A DNA stretch of 64,000 nucleotides, taken from assembly GCA_051294375.1 (NCBI GenBank), contig CM119264.1:8282873-8346872 (forward strand). Direction: 5' to 3'. Shown one piece after another: positions 62,401 through 64,000 of this stretch. The position numbers and the translations under genes are program-made. How positions within the stretch are numbered: position 1 is the stretch's first letter; each line of letters begins with the position of its first letter. This DNA comes from Paraspadella gotoi (Eukaryota > Animalia > Chaetognatha). Under the pieces are notes generated by a model. That model was not told where the DNA came from, did no database searches, and saw only the letters and a list, made by a program, of their open reading frames with translations.

Positions 62401-64000
62401 AATCTAATTCCTGCCTGGAGGAGATTGTTCTGTTTTTCAAAGTATTCAGTTTTTCCGATTTTTTTTCTAAGTTCATTTTTTAAGTTTTCATTGTTCTACG
62501 GAGAAGATTCATTTGTTCCCGTCTCGCGTAGCGAGTCTTGTATGACGCAGTAATGTTCCGTTACTGCGATCAACGTCTTTCGATACAGATCCAACCGGAG
62601 TTACCGGTTGGATCTGCGGGCCTTGCTGCTCTGACAAAAGGGGCTCCAGCCCCCTTTTGCCGTTTGCGTGGTTCGTTGCCGCTTTCGCCGCCAATTTGTT
62701 CCATCGGCAGGGTCGCTGGGCGTGCGATGGCAATCTGAGTCTGCACGCACAACCGTTCTGGATAATATTGACCCTCGGCGGCCGCCTAGCTTGTGTGGTT
62801 GCGAGCGGTGCGCCGTCCGGTCGTCGTCGATGTTTTGGTCTTCTTGACATATGTCTTTAAATGTTGCATATAAACATCTCGCATGTCAAGTATCTCGCCA
62901 CAAGCAAACGATGGTATGATGTTCCTTCATGTTTGCTTATAGTTTCTGATTAGGGAAAAAAGATTCCGAAATTTATTAAAGGAGTAGGATTAGATTTCGG
63001 AATAGTACTTAACAATAAAATAAAATAGTGCTCGTAGTACCACAAACTTATGAGGTTCGTTATTCATAAGACTTTTTCTATATGGCCAGAAATGTCAGAA
63101 GATCTACTACGGTCTTACAACGATTGAATTGCGTAGAGTTTAACAACGCTAAATGAATGAATTTTTAATTTGAGGCATATGCGAAGGACTCACTTGCGTG
63201 CATGCAAATGATAATTTAAAGTATTTGTTTTAAATTGCGAATTATTGAAAAAACAATACCTTGTTTCCTTCTAAAATGGGTGTCAGCAATTTCATTAATA
63301 AATTTGCACAATTATAATTTCAAATTCGAAATACGGAAAGAGGGAATAGGGAATGACATAATAAATAATATAAGTAATGGTGGTATTCAAAGCTCAATTT
63401 CGAGAGGAAAAAAATTTGGATATAACATGATACCAAAAAAAAAAACGAAAGTACCTCGTGGTAAATACTTGGCCAAGAAAGTAAATAAATATTACTCCAA
63501 CAATTACAAGATGTNNNNNNNNNNNNNNNNNNNNNNNNNNNNNNNNNNNNNNNNNNNNNNNNNNNNNNNNNNNNNNNNNNNNNNNNNNNNNNNNNNNNNN
63601 NNNNNNNNNNNNNNNNNNNNNNNNNNNNNNNNNNNNNNNNNNNNNNNNNNNNNNNNNNNNNNNNNNNNNNNNNNNNNNNNNNNNNNNNNNNNNNNNNNNN
63701 NNNNNNNNNNNNNNNNNNNNNNNNNNNNNNNNNNNNNNNNNNNNNNNNNNNNNNNNNNNNNNNNNNNNNNNNNNNNNNNNNNNNNNNNNNNNNNNNNNNN
63801 NNNNAAATAATTGTCTTGAGTAAATAGAAAAACTAACTAAAATATTCGTCCTTCTCCAGGGGAAAGACATCGCGATCCTCCACCGCAATCTCGATTATTT
63901 TTGATTTGCGGTGGAGGAAATCTAATTCCTCCTGGAGAGATTGTTCATGTTTTTCAAAGTATTCCAGTTTTTCCGATTTTTTTTCTAGTTCATTTTTTTA

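Overview
AT-rich animal genomic DNA from a noisy long-read assembly, with many 1-nt indels, N gaps and redundant copies. About 5.5-11.1 kb is host sequence: the 5' part of an IQCA1/DRC11 gene and a spliced ankyrin-repeat gene. Most of the rest is a scrambled, multi-copy cluster of an endogenous Polinton/Maverick (adintovirus-like) virus. Recognisable viral genes: a protein-primed PolB with an endonuclease-VII-type insert, the C-terminal half of a double-jelly-roll major capsid protein, an adenain-type protease and a tandem PC4-like gene. Unusual features: (1) three GT-AG spliceosomal introns inside PolB; (2) a module downstream of the protease, present as several diverged paralogs, that codes in two overlapping frames and carries about nine stem-loops with compensatory changes and sense-strand G.U pairs; (3) spliced mucin-like membrane-protein genes linked to the viral genes; (4) a PxDLS (CtBP-type) leader ending in QxGG ahead of the PolB N-terminal domain. 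No integrase, packaging ATPase or PolB motifs B/C were seen. All protein assignments are motif recognition by eye, often across apparent sequencing frameshifts, and copy number is unreliable.
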